NCBI RefSeq assembly: GCF_037902255.1
Contig: NZ_CP147990.1
Location: 810,001-842,000 of the forward strand
DNA: 32,000 bases
Origin: Candidatus Electrothrix sp. GW3-4
GTDB lineage: Bacteria; Desulfobacterota; Desulfobulbia; Desulfobulbales; Desulfobulbaceae
Direction of reading: 5' to 3'
Within the stretch, counting starts at the first letter, position 1; every line of letters starts with the position of its first letter. The position numbers and the translations under genes are program-made. Shown here one piece after another: positions 7,074 to 15,448 of this stretch. The notes under the pieces were generated by a model. It was not told the DNA's origin. It searched no databases and was given only the letters and a program-made list of their open reading frames with translations.

Positions 7074-8027
7074 TTGGATACTAATGTCAGAGAGAACAAA
7101 CTCACCACGCCCCCTTCATACTACTGTCAGACAACTGCGGAAGAAACTCTCGGCAATGACGAGGTCGCGGAACTTATTCATACGCTGAATCCGACAATCA
7201 CCACTGCGCAGGCTAAGACGGTTCTGCAGAACTTCCAGCAGGTTGTCACAGAGCAGGTTGCCGACGGCAAGTTCGTCAAGTTGAAGAACTTCGTCTCCTT
7301 CATGCCGCGCCTCCAGGTGCGTCTGGACGTTCCGACCGATGATATTCCGCCTGATGCGGTGAAAGTTGCGGCCAAGGTCCCGAGGCAGTTCAATCGGGCT
7401 GTTCAGAATATAGCGACCTACGAAAGGCTCGGTTATCCGTCCAAGGCCCCTGAAGTGGTCACCGGGTACGAGACAACGACGGAGTATCCCCGCTTTATCA
7501 GGGAAGGATATCCGTTCCGTCTTACCGGGAAATACATTGGTTTTGATGTTGCGGATGAGGACCTGGGAATCTTCCTGGTTGATGCCGATGACAATGAGAT
7601 CGAGCAGGATAAGATTGCCCTCAATGACCCGTCAAAGGTGATCATCACGGCAGACTTCGGCGGGGAGCCTGCTGTATCACCCAATGTGGAGAAGACCATC
7701 CACTGCCGCAACAGATATACCCGGCACGGCACCCTCCGGGAGGGATCATACGAGTACGTAAGGAGTATGAATTACATTGCATCTGATCAGCTTGAGATGT
7801 TTGTTGCCGGTTCCGATGCAACCGGACCTGTTCAGGCTGTGCAGCACGATGCTCCGGCTGAGGACTGCCGCGTTGAGGCCATATTGAAGCCGGATGATAC
7901 GATCACCCTGGCAATCGGGCCGTACACAGGAGAGATGGGGCCTCCTGTTTCCGTTACAGGCGGAGATATTGTCCTGACCGGGCTTGCTGTTGATGTTACG
8001 CTCAATATTGCTGACCAGGATGCATAA
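7074..8027 (+). CDS. HU-like (HU_HIG-type) DNA-binding domain protein with a DUF4469-like Ig-fold C-terminal region, 317 aa
   Basis: This is the frame of track ORF 6843..8027, whose N-terminal 77 codons read through the tandem array and look spurious. The proposed TTG start at 7074 lies 13 nt after AGGAGG (7055-7060). The N-terminus LDTNVRENKLTTPPSYYCQT..DEVAELIHTLNPTITTAQAKTVLQNFQQVVTEQVADGKFVKLKNFVSF follows the HU-fold pattern of Bacteroidota-type HU/DUF4469 proteins as I remember them. The later segment ..FRLTGKYIGFDVADEDLGIFLVDADDNEIEQDKIALNDPSKVIITADF also fits that family. Confidence 0.65.
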   Translation: MDTNVRENKLTTPPSYYCQTTAEETLGNDEVAELIHTLNPTITTAQAKTVLQNFQQVVTEQVADGKFVKLKNFVSFMPRLQVRLDVPTDDIPPDAVKVAAKVPRQFNRAVQNIATYERLGYPSKAPEVVTGYETTTEYPRFIREGYPFRLTGKYIGFDVADEDLGIFLVDADDNEIEQDKIALNDPSKVIITADFGGEPAVSPNVEKTIHCRNRYTRHGTLREGSYEYVRSMNYIASDQLEMFVAGSDATGPVQAVQHDAPAEDCRVEAILKPDDTITLAIGPYTGEMGPPVSVTGGDIVLTGLAVDVTLNIADQDA

Positions 8028-8298
8028 CGATACGCTGTATAACTTCCTGCTGGCGCGAGGACGATATGTCCTGGAGGTCTGCAATATGGATCAGTTCGGC
8101 CGTCACTGATCATCACGGATGTCTGTGCTGCAAAGCCGGAGCGGAAGCACCGGTTCTCTTGTCCCTGTCCTTACAAAATCTTTACAATTTATTTCTTGAT
8201 TAACCCATTCCCTTTATGTTCATTGTCTACAGTGCAGGCATGAAGTAAGGAAACAAGTCTACGTAAAATGTAAAAAATGGAAAATCAAGGAGAAAAAT

Positions 8299-8859
8299 AT
8301 GCAGCTCGATACCCAATCCAAGCTCGGTAGCAATACATTGGCATTACACTGGATCGTAGGCATCATGATGATAATGTTATTGGCAGTAGGTGTCTTCATG
8401 GAAGAAACAAAAGCTTATGCGCTGTATCCTTGGCATAAAGCATTTGGCGTATTGATTATATTTCCTGTTATTCTCCGAGTGGTCTGGAGAATAAAAAGCG
8501 GTTGGCCTCCTCCTGTTCGTGAATACAAAAAGTCAGAGAAAATACTTTCAAAGTTTGTCCATTATCTTTTGCTGATCGGTACGGTGATCCTGCCGATTTC
8601 AGGTTTTATGATGTCAGCAATGGGGGGGCATGGTGTTGAGGTGTTCGGCTTGGAGCTTGTACCCCGAAACCCTGATCCAGCTAATCCGATGGAAGTCGTT
8701 CCATTGAACGGGGCAGTTGCAGGTATTGCCCATGAACTGCACGCTTTAGCTGGCACCAGCATTATCATCGGAGTGATCCTTCATACTGTTGGAGTATTAA
8801 AGCACCATATACTCGATAAGGATGGAACATTACTCCGCATGCTGGGAGCGAAAGTTTGA
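8299..8859 (+). CDS. cytochrome b561 family protein (CybB-like di-haem membrane cytochrome)
   Basis: The 186-aa protein has four hydrophobic helices with conserved His positions (ALHW.., WHKAFG.., AHELHALAG.., LHTVGVLKHH). The SD is AAGGAG, 7 nt upstream of the ATG. Confidence 0.85.
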   Translation: MQLDTQSKLGSNTLALHWIVGIMMIMLLAVGVFMEETKAYALYPWHKAFGVLIIFPVILRVVWRIKSGWPPPVREYKKSEKILSKFVHYLLLIGTVILPISGFMMSAMGGHGVEVFGLELVPRNPDPANPMEVVPLNGAVAGIAHELHALAGTSIIIGVILHTVGVLKHHILDKDGTLLRMLGAKV

Positions 8860-8909
8860 CTTTATACCCGATTCGAACCTTTTTAATGCCTGGGATTGCG
8901 GGTGGAGGT

Positions 8910-8919
8910 TGAGCATTAT
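8910..8919. repeat. right copy of the 10-bp direct repeat TGAGCATTAT
   Basis: This exact decamer lies 10 nt downstream (in minus-strand sense) of the adaptor gene stop codon at 8930-8932. Confidence 0.85.
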
Positions 8920-8929
8920 ATCACCATGA

Positions 8930-10354
8930 TCAATAACCATCAGGGCGCACCAAGAAGACCTGCTCTCCTTTGGCCAGCCCTTCAGTGATCTCGATGAGAT
9001 GTTCGTTGCTCTGCCCGGTTTGCAGACTGCGTTGTTGCACCTCTGTACCGGTCTGAACATAACAGAAGGGACCTCCGTTATCCTGGAACACAGCTTCAAT
9101 GGGTAGGGAGAGTGCCTGAGTGACCTGTGCGGTTTGCAGTTCCACTCGGGCAGACATGCCCGGCCTGAGCCGTTTCTCGCTGGTCTTGAGCGCGAAATGG
9201 GCCTGGAAATATTTTTCTCCAGACCGTCGTCCTTGCTGTTTTTGGGCCAAGGCACCGATAAAGGCCAGTTCTCCCTGGAGGTGGAGGGATGGGTAGGCGT
9301 CCAGAGTGATCAGGGCGGGTTGACCTACCGCGATCTTATGGAGGTCGATTTCCCGGACCTTGCTTTTGACGATCAGGCTGCTCAGGTCTGGCAGGGAGAG
9401 GATGGGTTGATTGATGATGACCGTATCACCCTCCTGAGCGGTCCGCATTTCGCCATTGCGGAAGGCCTCATGATGAATAACCAGGCCGTTAAAGGGGGCG
9501 TAGAGGGTGGTTTTTTCCAGCTCTGCTTCTACCTGGCGCAGGGCTGCCCGGGCTGCTTGCAATTTGGCCTGGACCTGATCCACAGCAGCCTTGGCTCGGG
9601 CAATTTCATGGACACCGGCCTTACTGGTCTGTTGCAGGCTTAACTTGGCATTCTCCACCTTGGCAGTGGCGGTTTCCGTGAGTGAGGGGAGGATGAAGTC
9701 GTGGTACGCTGTATAGCGTCGCTTTGCACTGGCAAACTCTTCTTGAAGGACCCTGATCTTGTCGCGAATGCGGGTCAATTCCGCAGGGTTCTCGTAGCCT
9801 TCCTGTGCCAATTTCTCCAGATCAACCGCATATTCCTGGTATCGTTTGAGCTCCAGTTTTGCTTTGTCTCGCTCATCCCGATGTTGGGCCAGGGTCATGG
9901 GGCCATCTCCTTTGACAAGCCGTTGCAGATCAAGTTCCGCGACCCTGAGGCTGTAGCGGGCGGTCTCGTTTTTATGGCCCACCTCTATCTTTTCCCAGTG
10001 GAGGAGCTGCTCAGCCGCTTCAAGGCCTGCGGTCAGATCGTCGATCTGGGCTGTACATTCGGCAATCTCCTCTTCAAAACGAGTGGGATCAAAGCGCACC
10101 AGGATATCTCCTTTTTTGACCGGATACCCATCCTGGGCAAGAAAAATAATCTTTGCCCCTGGCCCCTTGATACGGGAGGCGACCAAATGGGAGTTCACTG
10201 CCTGGAGGGTGCCGACCGTGCGCACTGTTACCTGGAAATCCCGGAGCGTTGCTGTGGTCAAGGGGGGAGAGTGTCCAGCAGGAGGAGGGGCGTACTGTCT
10301 CAACAGGAATAGCACAAAGAGGGCAGCGCAGAGAAGAGAGAGGAAATATTTCAT
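8930..10354 (-). CDS. HlyD/MacA-family periplasmic adaptor (membrane fusion protein) of a tripartite efflux system
   Basis: The 474-aa protein has an N-terminal TM anchor (LLCAALFVLFLL), a lipoyl-like segment (..VKKGDILVRFD..), a long coiled-coil hairpin and a C-terminal beta-barrel (..RPGMSARVELQ..). Its start overlaps the TolC-like stop by 4 nt (ATGA). Confidence 0.9.
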   Translation of the reverse strand: MKYFLSLLCAALFVLFLLRQYAPPPAGHSPPLTTATLRDFQVTVRTVGTLQAVNSHLVASRIKGPGAKIIFLAQDGYPVKKGDILVRFDPTRFEEEIAECTAQIDDLTAGLEAAEQLLHWEKIEVGHKNETARYSLRVAELDLQRLVKGDGPMTLAQHRDERDKAKLELKRYQEYAVDLEKLAQEGYENPAELTRIRDKIRVLQEEFASAKRRYTAYHDFILPSLTETATAKVENAKLSLQQTSKAGVHEIARAKAAVDQVQAKLQAARAALRQVEAELEKTTLYAPFNGLVIHHEAFRNGEMRTAQEGDTVIINQPILSLPDLSSLIVKSKVREIDLHKIAVGQPALITLDAYPSLHLQGELAFIGALAQKQQGRRSGEKYFQAHFALKTSEKRLRPGMSARVELQTAQVTQALSLPIEAVFQDNGGPFCYVQTGTEVQQRSLQTGQSNEHLIEITEGLAKGEQVFLVRPDGY

Positions 10355-11826
10355 GGGGCCTCGGGACTGTCCTCGCGAGAGGTATTCAAAGCAAGCAGGG
10401 TGCCCATGGCAGCACGAAAGCGGTATCTGTCAGTGATGTAGCGGAGTTCATCGCTCATAAGATCAATCCGGGCCTGTTCGAGTTGGGTCTCTGCTTCAAG
10501 GAGATCAAAATTATCCGCTTCATTATACTGAAATTTAATCTTTGCTAACCGTTGTTTCCCTGTTGCCTGGTGGATTTGTTCCCGGCGGAGGGCAATGCGC
10601 TCCTTGGAGGCATTAAGGGTGTTGAGCACGGTACGCACTTCCCGAATAATTTTTTCCCGGGAGGATTCCAGGCTCAGGCGGCTGCGATTAACCGCCAGGC
10701 GGCTATTGGCCAGGGCAGCCTCTTCTGTAAAACGTGCCCAGTTTGTGCTGCTGGTCAGAGAAAGAGACCAGATATCTTCATCCGGGAGCAGGAAGTTTTC
10801 AAACTCCTCTGACTCTCCCTGGCGGGTGTAGCCCAGTTTGAGCCTGAGGTCGGGCAGGGTGTTCTCTTTTGCCACCTTTTCCTTGCGCAGGGCCTCAGTG
10901 ATATCAGCCCGGCCCTGGGTTATCTCAAGCCGGTGTTGCAGGGCGATCTGCACGGCCTCGTTCAGCTTGATATTGATCAGGGTATATTGCAAAGGGGCCT
11001 CGACCTCTATGGGCCGATCCAGGGGCAGGGCCAGGAGGTCTTTGAGGCGATCAGCTGCCTCAGCCGCGTGTCTTTGGGCGTTGTTCAGCTGCTCCTCAAT
11101 CTTTTTCAGCCGCAGTTCGGCCCGGTAGCCATCCATAGAACGGCCGATGCCTGCTTTTTCCCTGATGCGGGCGGTGTGCAGATGCCCTTTGAGGGGAGGT
11201 AACTGGTCTGCATAGAGATTGACAAGATATTGGGCACGAATCAGGGTATAGACCGCCTGCACGGTCTCCAGCACGGTGTTGATCTTAGAGCGGTGCAGCC
11301 TGCGAGAGGAGGTGGCCAGGCTGTGCTTCCGCGCCAGCACTGTATTGAGGGTCGTATCTCTGCCAAACCCCCGTAGCAATGGCATTGCCAGCGAACAGCT
11401 GATTCCTGTTCCGTAGGCATCATCATCTATTTCCACACTGGGCGCAACCCCGATCTGGATGCCGTTTGGGAATTTTTTCGAGACCTCGCCGCCAACTCTC
11501 CAGACGACCTGCTCTTCATCATTCTCTTCGTCATCAGTGGAGGAGTAATTGATACTGGAGATCGGGGTGAACTGCACAGAGAACCTGTCACGTGCCTCAT
11601 TCAAATAGATCTGGTTGCTGCTCAGGTCAAGGGCGCTGTTCCTGAGCTGGCGATTATAGCGTAATGCCCGGTTGATGGCCTCTTCCAGGGTGAGCTCCGT
11701 TGGGGGGGGCGCTTCCCTTGCAATGGTCCGCGTTGTGGGGAAAAGAAATACCACCGGAAACACCATCAGGACAAAGATGGTCCTGGCATGAAGGGATAAG
11801 CGATCAACGAAAAACAGGCTTTGCAT
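10351..11826 (-). CDS. TolC-family outer-membrane efflux protein
   Basis: The 491-aa protein has a signal-like N-terminus. The typical LTLEEAINRALRYNRQLR.. motif is followed by two repeated coiled-coil/beta halves. It is translationally coupled to the adaptor gene. Confidence 0.9.
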   Translation of the reverse strand: MQSLFFVDRLSLHARTIFVLMVFPVVFLFPTTRTIAREAPPPTELTLEEAINRALRYNRQLRNSALDLSSNQIYLNEARDRFSVQFTPISSINYSSTDDEENDEEQVVWRVGGEVSKKFPNGIQIGVAPSVEIDDDAYGTGISCSLAMPLLRGFGRDTTLNTVLARKHSLATSSRRLHRSKINTVLETVQAVYTLIRAQYLVNLYADQLPPLKGHLHTARIREKAGIGRSMDGYRAELRLKKIEEQLNNAQRHAAEAADRLKDLLALPLDRPIEVEAPLQYTLINIKLNEAVQIALQHRLEITQGRADITEALRKEKVAKENTLPDLRLKLGYTRQGESEEFENFLLPDEDIWSLSLTSSTNWARFTEEAALANSRLAVNRSRLSLESSREKIIREVRTVLNTLNASKERIALRREQIHQATGKQRLAKIKFQYNEADNFDLLEAETQLEQARIDLMSDELRYITDRYRFRAAMGTLLALNTSREDSPEAP

Positions 11827-12168
11827 TACAAAGAGAAGTATGACGTCTGTTGGTAAAATGTTGGCAGAAGTTACGCACGAGACGGGCTCGTTTATGATGA
11901 GATAATATGTTACGTGCGGAGAGGGATGTCGTCAATCGATTTCCTGAGGCAAGAGGAAGAAGGGGGCTGTCTGCGTATCCTTGACGGAAAAAACACTGGA
12001 AAACAGGGGCGCTGCTGTGCTAGAAAGAAGGCTCCTGTCGTTTATTCCAGGTGGTTTGCTCTAACCATGGTACACGGAGAAAGGGCAGAGACGCAACCTG
12101 AAGTTATTTGATGCTGCAAGCAGCGGGCTCTCAGAGCCGGGCTTCATAATACAAAGAAAGGGGAAAAT

Positions 12169-13707
12169 ATGATATTTGAGCTCAATCAGAAAGAACCGGA
12201 GCTGTTCAGCGGGGATCTGCTGGCCTATTTTATCCGAGAAAGCGAGGGCAAGACCGTGCCCTGCCCGTCCAAGGCCGTGCGGAGAAAGTTGAAACACGCC
12301 TGGAAGAGCGGTGATTTTACTGGCAAGAAAGGGCAGACCTTTTTGTTTTATCCTGCTGCATCAACAAAGAATCCTTCGGCCTATCGAGTTTTGGTTATTG
12401 GTTTGGGCAAAGCAGCTGATGCCAACGATAATAATGCCCGGCGTGAGCAGCTCAGGCTCGCCGCCGGAACAGCTGTTCGGCAGGCAGCAGGGCTCAAGGT
12501 CAAGAGCATGATGGCGGTCTTGCCTGAGAAGACCGGATTGGAGGATAGCGAGGTTGCCGAATGCCTGACCGAGGGGCTTATCCTGGGGAGCTACCGTTTT
12601 GATAAGTATAAGAGCAAAAAAGAAGACCAGGATGATTCGATAGCAATAGAGGCCTTTTCCCTGCAGGCTGGTACGCTTGATTCTCAAGCGGTGTATGAAG
12701 GAATGAACCAGGGCAAACGGGCAGCCGATGCAGCCTGTCGGGCCAGAGATATGGCCAATGAACCAGGCAATGGTTGGCCGCCAGCAAAATTTGCTGAATT
12801 TGCCCAGCGATTAGCACGCAAGCATAAACTTTCCTGTGAGATTATTGAAAAAGATGCCATGAAAAAACTGGGCATGGGCGGTATCCTGGGCGTGAATCAG
12901 GGCTCTGCTGAGCCGCCCAAGCTGGTTATCCTGAAATACGAGGGAGGGAGCAAGAAAACAGATCCAACCCTGATGCTGGTGGGCAAGGGGCTAACCTTTG
13001 ATGCAGGGGGGATCAGTCTGAAGCCTGGGCAAGGGATGGAAGACATGAAGTATGATATGTGTGGCGGTGCCGCTGTCCTCTCTGCCATGCAGGCCATAGC
13101 CCAGGAGCGCCCCCAGGGGATCAATGTGCTGGCCCTCGTACCGTCTACCGAAAATCTGCCTGCCTCCACCGCGCTTAAGCCCGGCGATATCATCACCCAT
13201 TATAATGGCAAGACCTCGGAGATCATCAATACCGATGCCGAGGGCCGTCTGATTCTCGCTGATGCCCTGGCCTACGGCATTGCAACCTATGCACCGGATG
13301 CAGTGATCGACCTGGCCACCCTGACCGGAGCTGTTATTATCGGCTTGGGTAATCACCGCACTGGTCTGATGGCCACCGATGACAGCCTGGCTGAGCAGAT
13401 TTTGACTGCCGGAGATCGGGCCGGGGAGCCCCTCTGGCGGCTCCCGCTGGGACCGGAGTATTCTGAGCAGATCAAGTCGCAGGTGGCGGATATTAAGAAC
13501 ACCGGCGGCAGGGGCGGGGGAACGAGTACTGCTGCGGCCTATCTCCACGAGTTTGTTGGGGATACACCTTGGGCCCATCTTGATATTGCCGGGACAGCCT
13601 GGAATTTTACCGAAAAGAGCTATATCCCTAAGGGGCCGTCCGGCATTGCTGTGCGCACCCTGGTGGATCTGGTCCGGCATTGGCAGGGAAAGAAGAAGGG
13701 AAGCTGA
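12169..13707 (+). CDS. pepA: leucyl aminopeptidase (M17 family)
   Basis: The 512-aa protein carries the M17 signature NTDAEGRL and the ..VGKGLTFDAGGISLKP.. and ..MKYDMCGGAAV.. motifs. The SD is AGGGGA. Confidence 0.95.
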   Translation: MIFELNQKEPELFSGDLLAYFIRESEGKTVPCPSKAVRRKLKHAWKSGDFTGKKGQTFLFYPAASTKNPSAYRVLVIGLGKAADANDNNARREQLRLAAGTAVRQAAGLKVKSMMAVLPEKTGLEDSEVAECLTEGLILGSYRFDKYKSKKEDQDDSIAIEAFSLQAGTLDSQAVYEGMNQGKRAADAACRARDMANEPGNGWPPAKFAEFAQRLARKHKLSCEIIEKDAMKKLGMGGILGVNQGSAEPPKLVILKYEGGSKKTDPTLMLVGKGLTFDAGGISLKPGQGMEDMKYDMCGGAAVLSAMQAIAQERPQGINVLALVPSTENLPASTALKPGDIITHYNGKTSEIINTDAEGRLILADALAYGIATYAPDAVIDLATLTGAVIIGLGNHRTGLMATDDSLAEQILTAGDRAGEPLWRLPLGPEYSEQIKSQVADIKNTGGRGGGTSTAAAYLHEFVGDTPWAHLDIAGTAWNFTEKSYIPKGPSGIAVRTLVDLVRHWQGKKKGS

Positions 13708-13815
13708 GCGGCCTGGAAGGGTATTTGAGTATTTGCCCGTATCCTGCTGGGTGATCTGTCGGGCACGAAAAGTTTAAAAACTACAACATACTGAGACAAA
13801 GTAACGGAGAAACAT

Positions 13816-14835
13816 ATGGCGAAGCGAAAAGGTATTACTGTCAGTAGACAGATTATGGACAGCCAGCAGACTCACCCTGAGGCAACAGGGGAGCTCACCG
13901 GTTTGCTCAATGAACTCATTGTGGCGGCAAAGATCATCAGTGCCGAGGTTAATATGGCCGGTCTTGCCGGTATCCTGGGCCAGTCGGGTAAGACCAATGT
14001 GCAGGGGGAGGAGGTACAGAAGCTGGATGACTTTGCCAACCGGACCCTCAAACGACGTATGGAGCAATGCGGCTATGTCTGTATTATGGGCTCGGAAGAG
14101 GATGACGGGGTAATCCCGGTCTTGGACGGCTACGAGGGGAAATACACCCTGGCCTTTGATCCCCTTGACGGTTCTTCCAATATTGATGTCAATGTCAGTA
14201 TCGGCACAATCTTCTCTGTCCATCGCCGTAAGAGTACAGGCAAGCAGGGCGATATGTCTGATTTGCTGCAAAAGGGAAGCGAGCAGGTGGCGGCCGGTTA
14301 TGTTATCTACGGCTCCAGCACGATGCTGGTCTACACCACCGGTCATGGTGACGGCGTCCATGGTTTTACCCTTGATCCCAGCGTGGGTGAGTTTTTTCTC
14401 TCCCATCCAGATGTCACCATTCCCGAACAGGCAAGGTATTACAGCATCAATGAGGCCTACTCCCGGTACTGGTATGACGAAACCCGTGCCTACATCGATA
14501 AGCTGAAAGAGATGGATGAGCAGGGGGAGCGCTCCTACAGTCTGCGCTATATCGGTTCGCTGGTAGCGGACTTCCACCGGAACCTGGTCAAGGGTGGTGT
14601 CTTCCTCTATCCTCGGGATAAAAAGAGTACTGATAAGCCAGACGGCAAGCTGCGCCTGCTCTACGAGGCTGCCCCGCTTGCCATGATTGCGGAAGAGGCC
14701 GGTGGCCTGGCCATGACCGATGACGGACGTCGTATCCTGGATATTGAACCGACGGATCTGCACCAGCGGGTGGCTTTGGTTATCGGCTCTCGTGATGAGG
14801 TGACTATGGCGGAGGGGTATTTTAAGAAGGGTTAA
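13816..14835 (+). CDS. fbp: fructose-1,6-bisphosphatase, class 1
   Basis: The 339-aa protein has ..GELTGLLNELIVAAKIIS.. and ..FDPLDGSSNIDVNVSIGTIFS.. and the C-terminal ..GKLRLLYEAAPLAMIAEEAGG.. typical of FBPase I. The SD is ACGGAG. Confidence 0.95.
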   Translation: MAKRKGITVSRQIMDSQQTHPEATGELTGLLNELIVAAKIISAEVNMAGLAGILGQSGKTNVQGEEVQKLDDFANRTLKRRMEQCGYVCIMGSEEDDGVIPVLDGYEGKYTLAFDPLDGSSNIDVNVSIGTIFSVHRRKSTGKQGDMSDLLQKGSEQVAAGYVIYGSSTMLVYTTGHGDGVHGFTLDPSVGEFFLSHPDVTIPEQARYYSINEAYSRYWYDETRAYIDKLKEMDEQGERSYSLRYIGSLVADFHRNLVKGGVFLYPRDKKSTDKPDGKLRLLYEAAPLAMIAEEAGGLAMTDDGRRILDIEPTDLHQRVALVIGSRDEVTMAEGYFKKG

Positions 14836-14924
14836 GGCACCGGGAAAGGGTTAATCCTTTATGGGCGGGCGCGCTCCAGCGCTCGCCCGGATAGCCCCGA
14901 GGGGCAACGTGCTGTCTTTTCCAT

Positions 14925-14966
14925 AAAAAAAAGCGGAAACAAGGCATGGCCTTCTTTCCGCTTTCT
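14925..14966. terminator. shared hairpin terminator between convergent fbp and the 110-aa gene (strong for the minus strand, weaker for the plus strand)
   Basis: A 15-bp stem with one mismatch pairs AAGCGGAAACAAGGC (14931-14945) with GCCTTCTTTCCGCTT (14949-14963). It is flanked by an A8 run on the plus strand, which gives a U8 tract after the hairpin on the minus-strand RNA. Confidence 0.65.
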
Positions 14967-14980
14967 GCTACAAAGAAAAA

Positions 14981-15313
14981 TTAACGGTTTGTCGTGACCT
15001 CCATCTGTTGTGCCTGGATCTGAGCACGGATCTTCTCCATTATTACAGGCAGGACAACAGGCTGGATGCTGCCCTGCATGAAGTTTTGAGGAACACGCTC
15101 TGCCATCATTTTGTTGCGCATTTCATTTTTCAGCAGCAGCGCAGAGAAATTTTGTTTGATCGTCTCCTGCTGCATCTGGGTTAATAACTGATCAACAGTT
15201 GCCTCAATACTTTTGATGCTCTTGCTATCCACCTGCATCGCAGCAACAGCAGGGCCTGACATTATTAAACCAGCAGCCAGTCCGAGTACGAACCTCATCG
15301 TCAATTTTTTCAT
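14981..15313 (-). CDS. small exported Met/Gln-rich protein (110 aa), unknown function
   Basis: This is track ORF 14981..15400. I prefer the internal ATG at 15313, which gives MKKLTMRFVLGLAAGLIMSGPAVAA (a clear signal peptide). It shares the motif KNEMRNKMM with the neighbouring 203-aa protein. Confidence 0.6.
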   Translation of the reverse strand: MKKLTMRFVLGLAAGLIMSGPAVAAMQVDSKSIKSIEATVDQLLTQMQQETIKQNFSALLLKNEMRNKMMAERVPQNFMQGSIQPVVLPVIMEKIRAQIQAQQMEVTTNR

Positions 15314-15448
15314 TTTTTCTCTTGTTATAATTATGAGATAGTTTGCTCTACCTCTTTGGGATTTATTCACTCGCCTTTTTGGTAAAACAGAAAAGTGCAT
15401 ACTCCTATCAGTAGGATGCCGAGGGACACGATGAGTAGAATCATCGTG

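Larger units (their letters stand above)
3186..8909 (+). mobile_element. putative inserted genomic islet (5.7 kb, no recognisable mobility gene) splitting the efflux operon
   Basis: It is bounded by 10-bp direct repeats. All its genes are on the strand opposite to the interrupted operon. Removing it in silico restores a canonical adaptor-stop/SD/ATPase-ATG junction. I saw no terminal inverted repeats, integrase or transposase. Confidence 0.5.

Noticed and set aside
8869-8879. CGATTCGAACC (rc GGTTCGAATCG), a tRNA T-loop-like string near the right island border that might hint at a tRNA-derived att site.
   Set aside because: The flanking bases do not form a T-stem or acceptor stem, and no tRNA cloverleaf can be drawn. 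It is probably coincidence.
13774-14763. A 329-aa minus-strand ORF opposite fbp. Similar antisense ORFs lie opposite pepA (12991..13680), leuD (23121..23861) and leuC/wecB (24423..25343, 24508..25644).
   Set aside because: Each is fully overlapped by a confidently identified housekeeping gene on the other strand. Their translations show no recognisable motifs.
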